A stretch of DNA of 40,008 nucleotides from a virus (lineage: Duplodnaviria > Caudoviricetes): positions 1-40,008 of the IMG/VR virus record IMGVR_UViG_3300024219_000010; one strand, written 5' to 3'. A model generated the notes under the pieces. That model was given only the letters and a program-made list of their open reading frames with translations. It did not search any database and had not been told where the DNA came from. The translations under genes and the position numbers were made by a program. This document shows, in pieces, positions 18,941 through 29,050 of the stretch (positions are counted from its first letter, which is position 1; each line of letters opens with the position of its first letter).

Positions 18941-19909
18941 CTAATTCGTCATCACAGCATGAGTGCGGAATGCCCGCCACAAACACCACTGACCTTGCCA
19001 CACCACACGGCTACCAACTGCATCTACATTCCACGGAGCAACAAGCTCCTTCACCTTCATGTTCACGCCACGCAGCATATGCAGACGCAGGAAGTTATCA
19101 TTGATGAAGTATGCATAGGACACAGGGCAGTCCTCATCATACATCAGTGGCACACCATTGTGCATACAACCCTCGAAGCCAAGGTCGAACATGCGCTTGC
19201 CAGCTTTGCCTTCTGACAACGGGATGGTGAACTTATCTCTCACTGCCTGACGATACATCCTATAGATGTTGCGCCCTACAAGGATCACCGTAGGCTTCTC
19301 ACCCTTCAGTGTGAGGTCCATGAAGATGTCATCGAACACCTCTTCGATGTTCGTGCTGTCCACACCACCAGCGAACACATAAGCACTCGTGCGCCACTGA
19401 GGCTGAGTAGCACGATTGATGCCACCAAGAGTGCCAGTAAGAGGATTAGTAGGAATAAGCGTGCCAAGACCAAGCGGATCAAGACCACCACCTACAGCAT
19501 ACAGATATGTGCTGAACTTGTCCTTGATACTCTCTTCAAGGACGTTCATCTTCTCTTTCATCAGCTTGAAGATGGCAGCACTGCCGTTGTTCTCATCTTC
19601 TTCCTGATCGGAGATGATGACGCTACCAGCTACACGACTGTAGCCATACTCCACCGTATCGAACTCATCTGTCTGGTTGACAGGCAGTGGCGTATAGTAG
19701 TTATATGAGGTGATGTTGGGATTGCGTCCAACCGTCAGTGGATTGGTGATATTGTAACCACCATCCTCATACTCAACGCGGTTGTTAGCAAACACCCAAG
19801 CCATCAACGCATTCGACTTGATACTGGCCATGACCAGCTTACGACGACTCTTGGTCAGAGTGCTGTGTAGCACATCCGCCATAGCAGGGACAACGGTGCC
19901 AACAGGCAT
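18941..19909 (-). CDS. Major capsid protein
   Basis: 322 aa after scaffold. GGYNITNPL, AGSVIISDQE..EN, LGGINRATQPQWR and YFIN..FLRL motifs recognised from podoviral HK97-fold capsids; GGAG upstream. Confidence 0.9.
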   Translation of the reverse strand: MPVGTVVPAMADVLHSTLTKSRRKLVMASIKSNALMAWVFANNRVEYEDGGYNITNPLTVGRNPNITSYNYYTPLPVNQTDEFDTVEYGYSRVAGSVIISDQEEDENNGSAAIFKLMKEKMNVLEESIKDKFSTYLYAVGGGLDPLGLGTLIPTNPLTGTLGGINRATQPQWRTSAYVFAGGVDSTNIEEVFDDIFMDLTLKGEKPTVILVGRNIYRMYRQAVRDKFTIPLSEGKAGKRMFDLGFEGCMHNGVPLMYDEDCPVSYAYFINDNFLRLHMLRGVNMKVKELVAPWNVDAVGSRVVWQGQWCLWRAFRTHAVMTN

Positions 19910-19920
19910 ATCCTACTCCA

Positions 19921-20997
19921 TCAGTTAAGTCTTACATTGTGTTCTTCCATCGAGGCACGAATGATGTCGGCCCACGATGCATTCTCATCGAACTGCGCAC
20001 CACTCCTTGCTGCACCGTTGACAGGTTGTGCACCTCTGCCAACACTCCTTGCACCAGGAAGTGGACGCTGCTGCTGTATAGGCTGCTGATGGGTAGGCTG
20101 CTGACCCTGTGGTGCCTGTTGTCTCGCAGCGATCTGCTGCTTCAACGGCTGGGTCCAGTCCAATTCGTTCTCATGTGCCCACCGTATCATCTTGGTATAG
20201 GCATCATGGATCGAAAGAGAGGGCTGAGCCTGCAACATTTCTGACAGAACGTCAAGGTTCTCATTGGCATCTGGGTTGTTGCCCAGGAAGCTGTTCAACT
20301 CACCCTCTGCCCGTTGCTTCATTTGGGCCTGTTGCTGCGTCAACTGATGCTGCTGTGTGAACGGCTGCATCTTAGTATCAATCATCCTAGCAATAGCACT
20401 CATGTCCATGCCAGGACTGATACCTTGCTCAAGGAATGGTATCGGATAGCCCTTAGCTTTCACTTCCTCTACAAGATACTGCACAGTCTTCACAGGATCA
20501 CGTAGGAAGTCAGACATCACACGCATTGCGATCATCTGATCTTCAGGCTTAATGTTCAGTCGTGCAGCTTCACGTGTCACCTCACCGACACTCTGCACAA
20601 AGCCCTGCAACTGCTGTAGCTGTCCCTTGATTGCTACGTTCTCACGTGCATGACGTTGGCCTTCTTCAAACACATGCCGCTCAATGCCACCACTGGCTAC
20701 TCGTCTACCAGTAACAGGATCAACTAGGTCTCTAACCTTGGGATTATTAGCATTCGGCTGCTCGATGAGTCCATCGTGTCTCCGTCTAAAGGCTTGCTGT
20801 TGTGTAGGCTGCTGAGTTCCGCTGCCTTGGCTATCTGTGCCAGCAGGCTGTGCTGATGTTGTAGCACCCTCTGCTGATGTTGACGTTTGTCCCGTTTGCG
20901 TTGTGCTACTTTGTTGGCTACTATCAGTCGAGGCATCACTCTCTTCCCTGAAGTCGGGTATGTTGCTAAGGATTGACTCTTCTGTTGATCCGCTCAT
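19921..20997 (-). CDS. Capsid scaffolding protein
   Basis: Between portal and capsid genes; low-complexity Gln/Ser/Thr ends, helical core, short C-terminal helix. Confidence 0.75.
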   Translation of the reverse strand: MSGSTEESILSNIPDFREESDASTDSSQQSSTTQTGQTSTSAEGATTSAQPAGTDSQGSGTQQPTQQQAFRRRHDGLIEQPNANNPKVRDLVDPVTGRRVASGGIERHVFEEGQRHARENVAIKGQLQQLQGFVQSVGEVTREAARLNIKPEDQMIAMRVMSDFLRDPVKTVQYLVEEVKAKGYPIPFLEQGISPGMDMSAIARMIDTKMQPFTQQHQLTQQQAQMKQRAEGELNSFLGNNPDANENLDVLSEMLQAQPSLSIHDAYTKMIRWAHENELDWTQPLKQQIAARQQAPQGQQPTHQQPIQQQRPLPGARSVGRGAQPVNGAARSGAQFDENASWADIIRASMEEHNVRLN

Positions 20998-23240
20998 GCT
21001 GCGTTCCCCTGTGGCTGACCACCCTGTGATGCAAGCATCTGCTTGAATATCTCAGCAGGAGGCACACCTTGTGCTAGTGCTTGTCCAATAGCCTGTAGAA
21101 CTGGTGGTGGCAACTGCTGCAACGCTTGCACTACTGCTGCGGCAACTTGCATACCACCACCAGCCTGTGGCGCACCTGCCGCATTGTCAGGCTGGGACGG
21201 GGAGGTATTGCCGCCACCCTGACCAGGTGCACCACCCTGTTGTGACTGAGCCATCATAGCTACTTCTTGCTCAATCGCATCCCAATCCTCCTTACTTACG
21301 ATGAAGTCATCGAATGCCTTACTGAGCATATTCAATGACACCTTCAACGCACTCGCAGGTGCTGCTCTAACATACTGAGCCATCACCTGACCAACTTGCA
21401 CAGCCTCTTGCTTCTTCTGCTGTGTAGTCAGCTTCTGTGTAGATCCACCCACGACTGATATAGAGAGTTGTTGGAAATCACGTAAGTTGTCGAGGGGTCT
21501 CCAAAAAGGACTAACATCCATCCCTGTGAGTTGGGAAGCTGTTTGTGTGTCCATGAACCGCAAGCACAACTGAGCAATCTTCCATCCAACATCTCCAAGT
21601 GCGTCTTCGATAGCATCAAGTCGCATATCCATGCGCATGTTGCCCATAGTGCTGTAGTAGTCGATAGCCTTGTTCGTAGTGTTCGTCTTGAACTGACCAC
21701 CACGCTCTACCTCATTAGTTGACGCAATGCGATCGACTGACCGATACAAGTCTTCCTTCTCAAACAACTGATTGAATGCCATGCTAGGAGGCAGTAGAGA
21801 GAAGATCATCTTACTAGGATCGACACCCTCTGGCACATCAATAGGAGTAGCAGTGGCATCGGGTCCTTTTAGTATCTTATCTACGGTCTCTTGGGTGAGA
21901 CCAGTGTTCTTATTATAGAAGATGTTGCGTCTGGCCCAAAGCAGTGCTCTACGACGCTCATCGTTGATCTCGTTAATCTGGTCCTGTTGATCGAGGTAAT
22001 AGCTAACCTCTCCCTTGGCGTATACCGAGATAGGATTGTCATGGAAGCACAACGGGGTGAGCGGGTAGAAGCCCTGTAGTTGAAGGGGATCGTCCCATAC
22101 CCAGATAGGCCATTTCCAGTCATTGTCTGCCCACATCTCCAATCGACGTGTCACCTTATCCCACACATACCATATCTTGGTGTAGCAAGCCTTGTCATAG
22201 CCATCTTTGCTGTCATAGCCATACGCACTATACTTGTCATTGGGAATGAACAGACTGAATTCTTCACTGTCAGCACCACTTGCACCTGCATTCAACACAT
22301 GCGTAGGCTCAAAGATGCTATGATACTCTTCAGTCTCCTCATCCTCCTCAGCATACACAGCATTGATGTATGCAGTAGGCAGCATGTCCTCAATCATCAT
22401 CCAATTAGCATCACTCAGATACGGATCATTGCCATTTGGGTCTCGAATGACCTGATGAGGCATCCGTATGCGCACAAATGGACCACTTGGCTGCAAGAAC
22501 TCAATCTTCTCTTCTAAGGCCATCAACTTGCCTTCGACTTCTCGTATCTCCTCAGTCTCTTTGGCCTCAGCAAGTTCTGTAGACAACTGCAACAGGTCCT
22601 GCATGGCCTGTTCACTACTCATGTCCTTCTTCGTGTAGCCAACCTCGAACCATGCCTGATTAGTCAACAATGCAATGAGCACATTCTTCTTAGCCTTGGG
22701 CTTGATGTTCACACCAGGGCTTGTCTTCATTGCAAACAGCACACCAATCAGCTTCTGGAGCGCACGTGCATAAGCATCGACTGTCTCGTCGATCTCTTCG
22801 GATAGAGTAGGAGTTGCAGATACGGAGACAATTGGGTTCTTGGCATATAGTTCAGGCACCTGAGCAGTGACATTTGAGAACACGATGTTCTCAGTGCTAC
22901 TCCATATGTCATTGAGCCTCTTGGCAATGTTCCTATTGCCACTTGCTCTGGCATTGCTTCCTGTGCTCGTAGCACTATCTCTGTGATCTGCCTGATCATG
23001 GTTGTAATACCGTATGGCTTCATCCCATGCATCAATCAGATCACCCATAGCCTTCTGGCCTTGGTCCTTCCTGGACTTCCAGATGAGACCACGCTTACTC
23101 GATACAGGAATACGACTACCAGGCAATGCCTTATATACTGCTGCTGGTTCAGGAGGTGGTGGAACACCAAGACCATCCTGTTCAAGTGATTGCTCTACAG
23201 GATCAGGAGGCTCAGTTGGGTCTTCATACGTGCCACTCAT
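20994..23240 (-). CDS. Portal protein
   Basis: ~748 aa from ATG 23240; lies between TerL and scaffold; helical with Gln-rich C-terminal tail typical of P22-like portals. Confidence 0.85.
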   Translation of the reverse strand: MSGTYEDPTEPPDPVEQSLEQDGLGVPPPPEPAAVYKALPGSRIPVSSKRGLIWKSRKDQGQKAMGDLIDAWDEAIRYYNHDQADHRDSATSTGSNARASGNRNIAKRLNDIWSSTENIVFSNVTAQVPELYAKNPIVSVSATPTLSEEIDETVDAYARALQKLIGVLFAMKTSPGVNIKPKAKKNVLIALLTNQAWFEVGYTKKDMSSEQAMQDLLQLSTELAEAKETEEIREVEGKLMALEEKIEFLQPSGPFVRIRMPHQVIRDPNGNDPYLSDANWMMIEDMLPTAYINAVYAEEDEETEEYHSIFEPTHVLNAGASGADSEEFSLFIPNDKYSAYGYDSKDGYDKACYTKIWYVWDKVTRRLEMWADNDWKWPIWVWDDPLQLQGFYPLTPLCFHDNPISVYAKGEVSYYLDQQDQINEINDERRRALLWARRNIFYNKNTGLTQETVDKILKGPDATATPIDVPEGVDPSKMIFSLLPPSMAFNQLFEKEDLYRSVDRIASTNEVERGGQFKTNTTNKAIDYYSTMGNMRMDMRLDAIEDALGDVGWKIAQLCLRFMDTQTASQLTGMDVSPFWRPLDNLRDFQQLSISVVGGSTQKLTTQQKKQEAVQVGQVMAQYVRAAPASALKVSLNMLSKAFDDFIVSKEDWDAIEQEVAMMAQSQQGGAPGQGGGNTSPSQPDNAAGAPQAGGGMQVAAAVVQALQQLPPPVLQAIGQALAQGVPPAEIFKQMLASQGGQPQGNAA

Positions 23241-23395
23241 CTGCCAAACACCATAGGACCATGTGCGAACAATAGATACGCAATGAAGCAAGCGAAGGCA
23301 GCCCAACCAAGGTGTGGTCTAGGCACAATAGGCCAATTCGCTGCTGCACATACTGCGAGCACGAATGCAAACACCAACAGCACCAATCCCAACAT
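23237..23395 (-). CDS. Small two-TM membrane protein (52 aa; not in ORF track)
   Basis: MLGLVLLVFAFVLAVCAAANWPIVPRPHLGWAAFACFIAYLLFAHGPMVFGR; TGATG overlap with TerL stop and ATGA overlap with portal start. Confidence 0.75.
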   Translation of the reverse strand: MLGLVLLVFAFVLAVCAAANWPIVPRPHLGWAAFACFIAYLLFAHGPMVFGR

Positions 23396-24948
23396 CACTT
23401 GTGCCTCGCTTTCTTACCTTTGTGCTTACCTCGTTCTATCTCATGCCAACTCATCCATGCAGGAGGAGCATCACTCCTACCAATGAACATAGCCAGCTTC
23501 GGCCTATTGCTCATTGCATACTTCCACATATCCATCGCATGATCGTTGCGATCCACTGGCACATCACTGATCTCATCACTGGTATCACGCTTGAAGTAAT
23601 ACTCTGTGATCTCATCAACGAACCACTGACACCTATCACTTACATAGAAGTGTGGAGCTACGATCAGCCCTGTGTAGGGATGCTCATGCCGTATATCAGG
23701 TGTCAGATAACCCCAATTCTTAGCGATCCCTGCTGCAATATCGTTGTTGCCTCTCTGCATTCGTATTCCGTATTCTTTGAAGAGGTTGTCAACGGTCTCT
23801 CCGACTGTTCGGCTGTTGCCTGACTTCCTCCTGAACACATCTGGATCAGCATAGATGGGTCCAAGTTCAGCATCCGTGATGCCGACTTCAGCACGTATTC
23901 TGTGTATATGGCTCGCCGCGTCTGCGACGGTAAGCTCTGCAACTCTGAACCCATCGAGCAGAAACACATTGGAGTCATCATCCGCGTAAAAGAGTCCATA
24001 GCAACTGTGTCGTGCGAGTCCGTGGTCGTATCCCTCCATGAATGAAGGACGAAAGCCGGAGCGCCACAATTGCCGCAAGTTCCTGGTTGCATCGTCATAC
24101 GATACGAGATGCTGCGCTTCATCAAACTGAGGGTAAACAAGACCTGAGAGCGCACCCCATCGTCCAAAAACGAAGCGTTCACGCATTGATCCGGTGTAGG
24201 TGGCCAGCATTCCTCGGATGTAGTCCTCTCCGACGTTATCAACGTTCTCATACGTGGAGCCTTCATAGAGTTCAATGAGCGGCTTTGGTTTACCAGCACT
24301 GTCGAGAATGGGCTTCCCCGCATGGTCTACCTCACACATCAACTTGTCAGTTACCAAACCACGCTGTGTAAAGTCATGCAGTGGCTTGACAATCTCTCGA
24401 TAGCACCAGTTCCGTGTCGGATTGAGTGTAGCCATGAACCACTTAGGACCAACACGAGGCATACGTGGATCATCACCAACGTATTCTGTGTTCCCTCGCA
24501 AGCGTCCCATTAGGTCCATGAAGTCTTTGTGTGAGAACTCTGGGTCCTCCAACTGATCCACTATTATCCAATCGTAAGTTGCTGACAACAGGTTGGACTT
24601 GCTCTCTTCTGTCTCTTTGCCACGTTGTGCAACGTATCTGAAGTTGATAGTGGATCCATTCTTCAAGATCAGGGTGTTCTCGTCTCTGCTCGGCATACGC
24701 TTTATCCAATGCGGCGGACACCATTGCAAGAACTCGCGTCTGATAGTGTCGTTTAACTTCGGATAGGTGCTCCTGGCTACCAGCCCATTGCAGCCAGGAT
24801 AGTCTTTGGACAGCTTCAATGCCTTTACGCATGACGCAGCGGTCTTCCCATTACCGAAGCCACCACCAAGGAATTGCACTTTCGCATACGATCTATGAAA
24901 GCGATCGTGCATTCCCCCTTCGACTATCTTGTATCGCTTAACTGCCAC
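23395..24948 (-). CDS. terL: Terminase large subunit
   Basis: Walker A GGFGNGKT, LVARSTYPKL, Walker B-like WIIVDQLED, ATLNP motif, nuclease GYDHG / YADP / DHAMD. Likely GTG start at 24948. Confidence 0.92.
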   Translation of the reverse strand: MAVKRYKIVEGGMHDRFHRSYAKVQFLGGGFGNGKTAASCVKALKLSKDYPGCNGLVARSTYPKLNDTIRREFLQWCPPHWIKRMPSRDENTLILKNGSTINFRYVAQRGKETEESKSNLLSATYDWIIVDQLEDPEFSHKDFMDLMGRLRGNTEYVGDDPRMPRVGPKWFMATLNPTRNWCYREIVKPLHDFTQRGLVTDKLMCEVDHAGKPILDSAGKPKPLIELYEGSTYENVDNVGEDYIRGMLATYTGSMRERFVFGRWGALSGLVYPQFDEAQHLVSYDDATRNLRQLWRSGFRPSFMEGYDHGLARHSCYGLFYADDDSNVFLLDGFRVAELTVADAASHIHRIRAEVGITDAELGPIYADPDVFRRKSGNSRTVGETVDNLFKEYGIRMQRGNNDIAAGIAKNWGYLTPDIRHEHPYTGLIVAPHFYVSDRCQWFVDEITEYYFKRDTSDEISDVPVDRNDHAMDMWKYAMSNRPKLAMFIGRSDAPPAWMSWHEIERGKHKGKKARHK

Positions 24949-26755
24949 TAATGCACCACTTACGAGCACGATACCGCTGTGTCGTTGTAGCAATCAGCTT
25001 ATTCACCTGATCGTGTATCCAAGTATGAGGTGGCTCAGCATCAGCAATACCAATAGACTTGGCAACAGCCAATGCACCCTCACTATACGTTGGATACGAG
25101 ATGTCATTGCCTGTGATTGCCAACACATTAGGATCGGTATACGTGAAGTGATACCGTGCATTGGTCAGGTCCCACGAGTCCTTCCACGAAGCACACCACG
25201 GCTCTGTCTTAGCAGGACGCAGGTTCTCACGATACGGAGTTGAGATAGCACGCACCCATCCACTCTTACCATCTGTCCTAGCAATGGTGTTCTTGATCTT
25301 CCACTCAGCAATAGGACGCCAATCCTCAAAGCCCAACTGCACTACCCAACAGATGATGAATGCAGAGAACTCCTCCATATAGGTTTGGCTATACGTGCCT
25401 TGTGGAGCCTGTGGACTCTCATCATTGTCACCGAAGCTCTGCTCAGTAGTGCAGAACAGTGTCCATGCAGGAGCATTAGCACCAGTCGGATGCAGATACG
25501 TCGCAGTCATCCAATCCCTGTTACCATTCAGATGCTTCACAAAGTAGCTCTTTGGCAGCATCCAATTAGGTGTCACTTCAGGCGTGACCTTCACTGCCTC
25601 AGCAGCACACCTCAATGCCCATGCATGAGCACGAATGGCAAAGTAAATGTCATACATCCGCCCATTCCACGGCTGAGCCAAGATGTTGTAGTTGACAATC
25701 GTATGCAGACCCTCAAGGTAATACGGATCACCGCATAGGAGATAAGGAAGGTAGCTCAAGTTGGGATGATGTGCAGTGTCACACTGTATCTTGACGATGG
25801 CATCTGGATTATCTGGATTAATACGCCAATCATTGAAGAGATATGGCGACGGCTCACTGCTATTGTAGCTTGAAGCCTTCGTCTCAACGAACGTATCAAT
25901 GGGTGCATCAGTGTTCTCATCACGATACCACCAAGGGAAGCTGTTGCACGCTTCAGCCTGTGCCAATACCGTCTCTAGGTTACGACCAGTGCAGATATAG
26001 TCTGCTTGCCACTCAGTCATTGGGCCAATGTCTGGACGCTCACCAGTCCCACCCATCGTAGTCGTAATGCCTGCAAATCCCATAGGCGTATACGACTGCA
26101 CAGATGATGCAGGTGTGTTCGTAGCCAACGTCTCAGTATAGTGTGGCAGATATCCAGCAGTCATCAACTCAGCAACTGTATGACGCACAGGACGAGGCTC
26201 AGACTGCCAACGCCAACGACTACGATACCACTGATCCGCAATTGTCTCATCATACAATACAGTCTCACCCTGCCTGATGACCACACGGAAGTCAGACATG
26301 ATGATGCTAGCAGCACTGCGGACCCTACCAAGCTCGAACACGACCTCTTCACGCTTACCATCCAAGTCAGGACGGACATGCATAACGAAGTCAGGCAATG
26401 CACTGTTTGTCACCTTGATGCATCGCTGTGTGAACTTGCCCTCTGGGTCAACATACGAGTCTAGCTCGACACCATTCGACTCATTCAACGTAATGGTGAC
26501 ACCACCCATCAACACATCAACAGACAGTGGCACACGTGTTCCAGGCTCTGGCTCTGGCTCTGGCTCAGGATCAGGTGGATCAATAGGTGGAGGCTCTACC
26601 TCTCCTCCATCTTCTGCTTCCTCTAGCGTAGTCACACGTGCATCTAATTCAAGGATGTCTGTCTCAGCAGTGGTCATGCGTGCTTCAAGTGCTGCAACAC
26701 GACTCTCAAGCTGTGGATCATTCGTAGGCTTGGCTGTGGTATCAGGCTTAGCCAT
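24938..26755 (-). CDS. Coiled-coil plus Pro/Glu linker plus large probable alpha-toroid (polysaccharide lyase-like) domain; probable virion appendage
   Basis: Start ATG 26755 (TAATG overlap). LESRVAALEAR heptads, PEPEPEPEP linker, GTGERPDIG, DTAHHP...YLPYLLCGDPYYLE, RAHAWALR; aromatic-rich. Confidence 0.5.
   Translation of the reverse strand: MAKPDTTAKPTNDPQLESRVAALEARMTTAETDILELDARVTTLEEAEDGGEVEPPPIDPPDPEPEPEPEPGTRVPLSVDVLMGGVTITLNESNGVELDSYVDPEGKFTQRCIKVTNSALPDFVMHVRPDLDGKREEVVFELGRVRSAASIIMSDFRVVIRQGETVLYDETIADQWYRSRWRWQSEPRPVRHTVAELMTAGYLPHYTETLATNTPASSVQSYTPMGFAGITTTMGGTGERPDIGPMTEWQADYICTGRNLETVLAQAEACNSFPWWYRDENTDAPIDTFVETKASSYNSSEPSPYLFNDWRINPDNPDAIVKIQCDTAHHPNLSYLPYLLCGDPYYLEGLHTIVNYNILAQPWNGRMYDIYFAIRAHAWALRCAAEAVKVTPEVTPNWMLPKSYFVKHLNGNRDWMTATYLHPTGANAPAWTLFCTTEQSFGDNDESPQAPQGTYSQTYMEEFSAFIICWVVQLGFEDWRPIAEWKIKNTIARTDGKSGWVRAISTPYRENLRPAKTEPWCASWKDSWDLTNARYHFTYTDPNVLAITGNDISYPTYSEGALAVAKSIGIADAEPPHTWIHDQVNKLIATTTQRYRARKWCISGS
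26544..26567. repeat. Hexamer tandem repeat (GGCTCT)x3 + GGCTCA encoding the Glu-Pro linker
   Basis: Read directly from the sequence. Confidence 0.85.
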
Positions 26756-28080
26756 TACATTGCTCCTATAGATACAAGAGTAAGTTCGTCTTGAGATAGC
26801 TGTCGCGGCCAATACCTGAACTTGCGTGCCCAGAGACTAACCTGCGTCTGGTTGTTCGAGACACCGGAAAGCGTCAGGCTGGTGATTGTCGGCAATACAG
26901 CCGGGGCTGGCGGATTGCCAGGAACGCCGTTCACGCCATCTACCGCAGCACGTGCACCATTACCCAGCGTCCAACTTACCGCGTGTCGGTGCATGGCATT
27001 GGCCGCAATCGTCGTCGCTCCAGCACCAAACGTGGCCTGCACCTGGGTAACACCACCTACCTTCTGTGTATGTGAGCCTAGGCCGTAGCTAACACCAGGC
27101 ACGGTGCCTGTCGTTGTATAACCAACACAGTCAATGAAATCCGTGCCCGCCGCTGCACCGACCAACTGCGCAGGCGATGAGAATGAGCCGGCGCCCCTCG
27201 GGATATACTCGAATGACATGCTGCCCTTAGTCACGTCATACCACGTCCCGGGCGCTGTCATACTGAGGCTATCCCGTGCGCGGGCCACAGTTGCAGTCGT
27301 GGTCGGAATGTAGCTAGTGACATAGCTGCCAACCTCGATCTGTGCTCCCCACGCATAATGCTGTATCGTTACGCCATTACCATTTGCAGTTGCCCTAGCA
27401 AATTGCACTGCTGTTGTTGCTGCTTGGTCAGGTGTTGCAGTTATCGAACAACGATACCAGCCATTACCGACTGGTGTGATCGTTCCACTAGCACCACCAC
27501 CAACCACACTCGATACAGTGCCAAGTGACAGGTCAAATATGACGAAGCGCCAGCTTGCATCACTCCAGAGTATAGCAGGTATCAGGATTTGGACCGTCGT
27601 CAGACTACCAGCCTTGCAGAAACAACTAACTGTGTAAGTTGTGCCTGCAACTCCAGTGAGGTTCTGTCCGAGATACCCAATCACACCATTGTTGGATATG
27701 ATTCCTGATCCAGTGGTCGCACCGTTCGGTCCGGTTACACCAGCAGCCAATGTGCAGACGGCTTTGATCCACGATGCATTGGTAAAATCACCACTGTTCA
27801 GTATAAGATTCGTTCGCGCTTCTTCAAGCAACAGACCGTTCAGTTGCTGGGTGCTGGGGTCATAATCCCAACGCGGCACATTGATCGCTGCCGTTTGGAT
27901 GACACCCGTGCCGTCGTAGTAGGTCGCCGTGCTGGCGCGCGTGAATGTCCACGTAGGATCCAGCGTGCCCGGCGTCATAAGATCAAGCACAAGTGTAGGA
28001 CTATTAGCATCAGGAGCTATAGGTCCCAGCTTCTTAGCAGACACCATCTGTCTGCCAATGTGTCCAGCACCGAATAGCAT
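26755..28080 (-). CDS. Head spike fibre-like protein with carbohydrate-binding/LamG-like domains
   Basis: FTRASTATY.D..G...A..NVPR.D...GLLLEEARTNL, GNGWYRCS and WGAQIE.G...TSYIPT...ARARD motifs of phage spike-fibre proteins. Confidence 0.75.
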   Translation of the reverse strand: MLFGAGHIGRQMVSAKKLGPIAPDANSPTLVLDLMTPGTLDPTWTFTRASTATYYDGTGVIQTAAINVPRWDYDPSTQQLNGLLLEEARTNLILNSGDFTNASWIKAVCTLAAGVTGPNGATTGSGIISNNGVIGYLGQNLTGVAGTTYTVSCFCKAGSLTTVQILIPAILWSDASWRFVIFDLSLGTVSSVVGGGASGTITPVGNGWYRCSITATPDQAATTAVQFARATANGNGVTIQHYAWGAQIEVGSYVTSYIPTTTATVARARDSLSMTAPGTWYDVTKGSMSFEYIPRGAGSFSSPAQLVGAAAGTDFIDCVGYTTTGTVPGVSYGLGSHTQKVGGVTQVQATFGAGATTIAANAMHRHAVSWTLGNGARAAVDGVNGVPGNPPAPAVLPTITSLTLSGVSNNQTQVSLWARKFRYWPRQLSQDELTLVSIGAM

Positions 28081-28445
28081 CAGGCCAACTCAGCTATATT
28101 GAGTGAACCAGCAGCACTGTTCTGTATTACAGCTATACGCTCACCAGGCAACACCCAGAAATACTCTGGCACACCAGCAGGCAACAAGATACTTGCTGCA
28201 CCTCCAGACACAGCAGTAGGATTACTCCCAAATGATACCCAACAGTCACTTGTGGCTACCAAACGCACATGCGTAGTGGTATTAGGTGTCCTTACTGGTG
28301 TGCCATCTGCATTATATGTCCCAGGCGTAGCATTCTGGAATGGCACACACTGCAAACTGCCAGCACCAATCACTATAGTCTGTGATAACGCAGGTCTACC
28401 AGCCTGCACATCCTCACCATGACTGCCTCTACGTGTAGTCATCAC
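28080..28445 (-). CDS. Small beta-rich virion protein, probable spike base
   Basis: VRLVATSDCWVSFGSNPTA...LPAGVPEYF...GERIAVI; coupled to the spike fibre gene. Confidence 0.55.
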   Translation of the reverse strand: MMTTRRGSHGEDVQAGRPALSQTIVIGAGSLQCVPFQNATPGTYNADGTPVRTPNTTTHVRLVATSDCWVSFGSNPTAVSGGAASILLPAGVPEYFWVLPGERIAVIQNSAAGSLNIAELA

Positions 28446-29050
28446 AGACTCCCCATGTCAATGGTAGGCACTTCAGTATCCACACCACGCTTCACATACT
28501 CAATCACCAGCCCACCATCCACCCGATGACGATGCTCAACAATATCAGCAGGACGGTGGCCAGCACGATCCAAGATGTCACGAGCAGCGGCCATCCTATC
28601 TGAACGACTCCCAGCTTGTAGAGCTTCCACCATTGTAGCAGCCGCGCTGCGTGCATTCTTAGCCAAGAGGTCCCTGACAACATCGGTCTCACTATCAATG
28701 ATCGTCCTAACCACAGTATCGTGCATCTGTGTGAATGGATCACTGACCTTAAGCCTACCCACTTGATCCACTGATAAGCCAGTTGCTATAGCAATCTCTT
28801 CATCATCGAGGCCAAACAACGAATACGCTAACACTGCACCAACTGCATTCATAGTGCGAGGCACTTCAGGTAGGTCAGCCAACTTCCTACGTGTAGCACT
28901 AACTATCTTTTGTGCTTCAGCATGTGTTGGCACTTCTATAAAGCCACTACTGGCAGGAGCAGCAGTGCCAGGACCGATGATGCTACCGCCAGGATACACA
29001 ACACTGCCATCAGCCAAACGAAGTGGCTCATTTGCTACAGGCAATACCAT
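28442..29050 (-). CDS. Probable terminase small subunit
   Basis: HTH GLDDEEIAIATGLSVDQV, helical middle, AARDILDRAG motif, C-terminal beta-strand LVIEY; 202 aa. Confidence 0.65.
   Translation of the reverse strand: MVLPVANEPLRLADGSVVYPGGSIIGPGTAAPASSGFIEVPTHAEAQKIVSATRRKLADLPEVPRTMNAVGAVLAYSLFGLDDEEIAIATGLSVDQVGRLKVSDPFTQMHDTVVRTIIDSETDVVRDLLAKNARSAAATMVEALQAGSRSDRMAAARDILDRAGHRPADIVEHRHRVDGGLVIEYVKRGVDTEVPTIDMGSL

Noticed and set aside
18930-18945. Capsid read-through or frameshift into the downstream Ig-like gene
   Set aside because: A second in-frame TAG follows two codons later, no slippery sequence is visible, and the Ig gene has its own SD and ATG.
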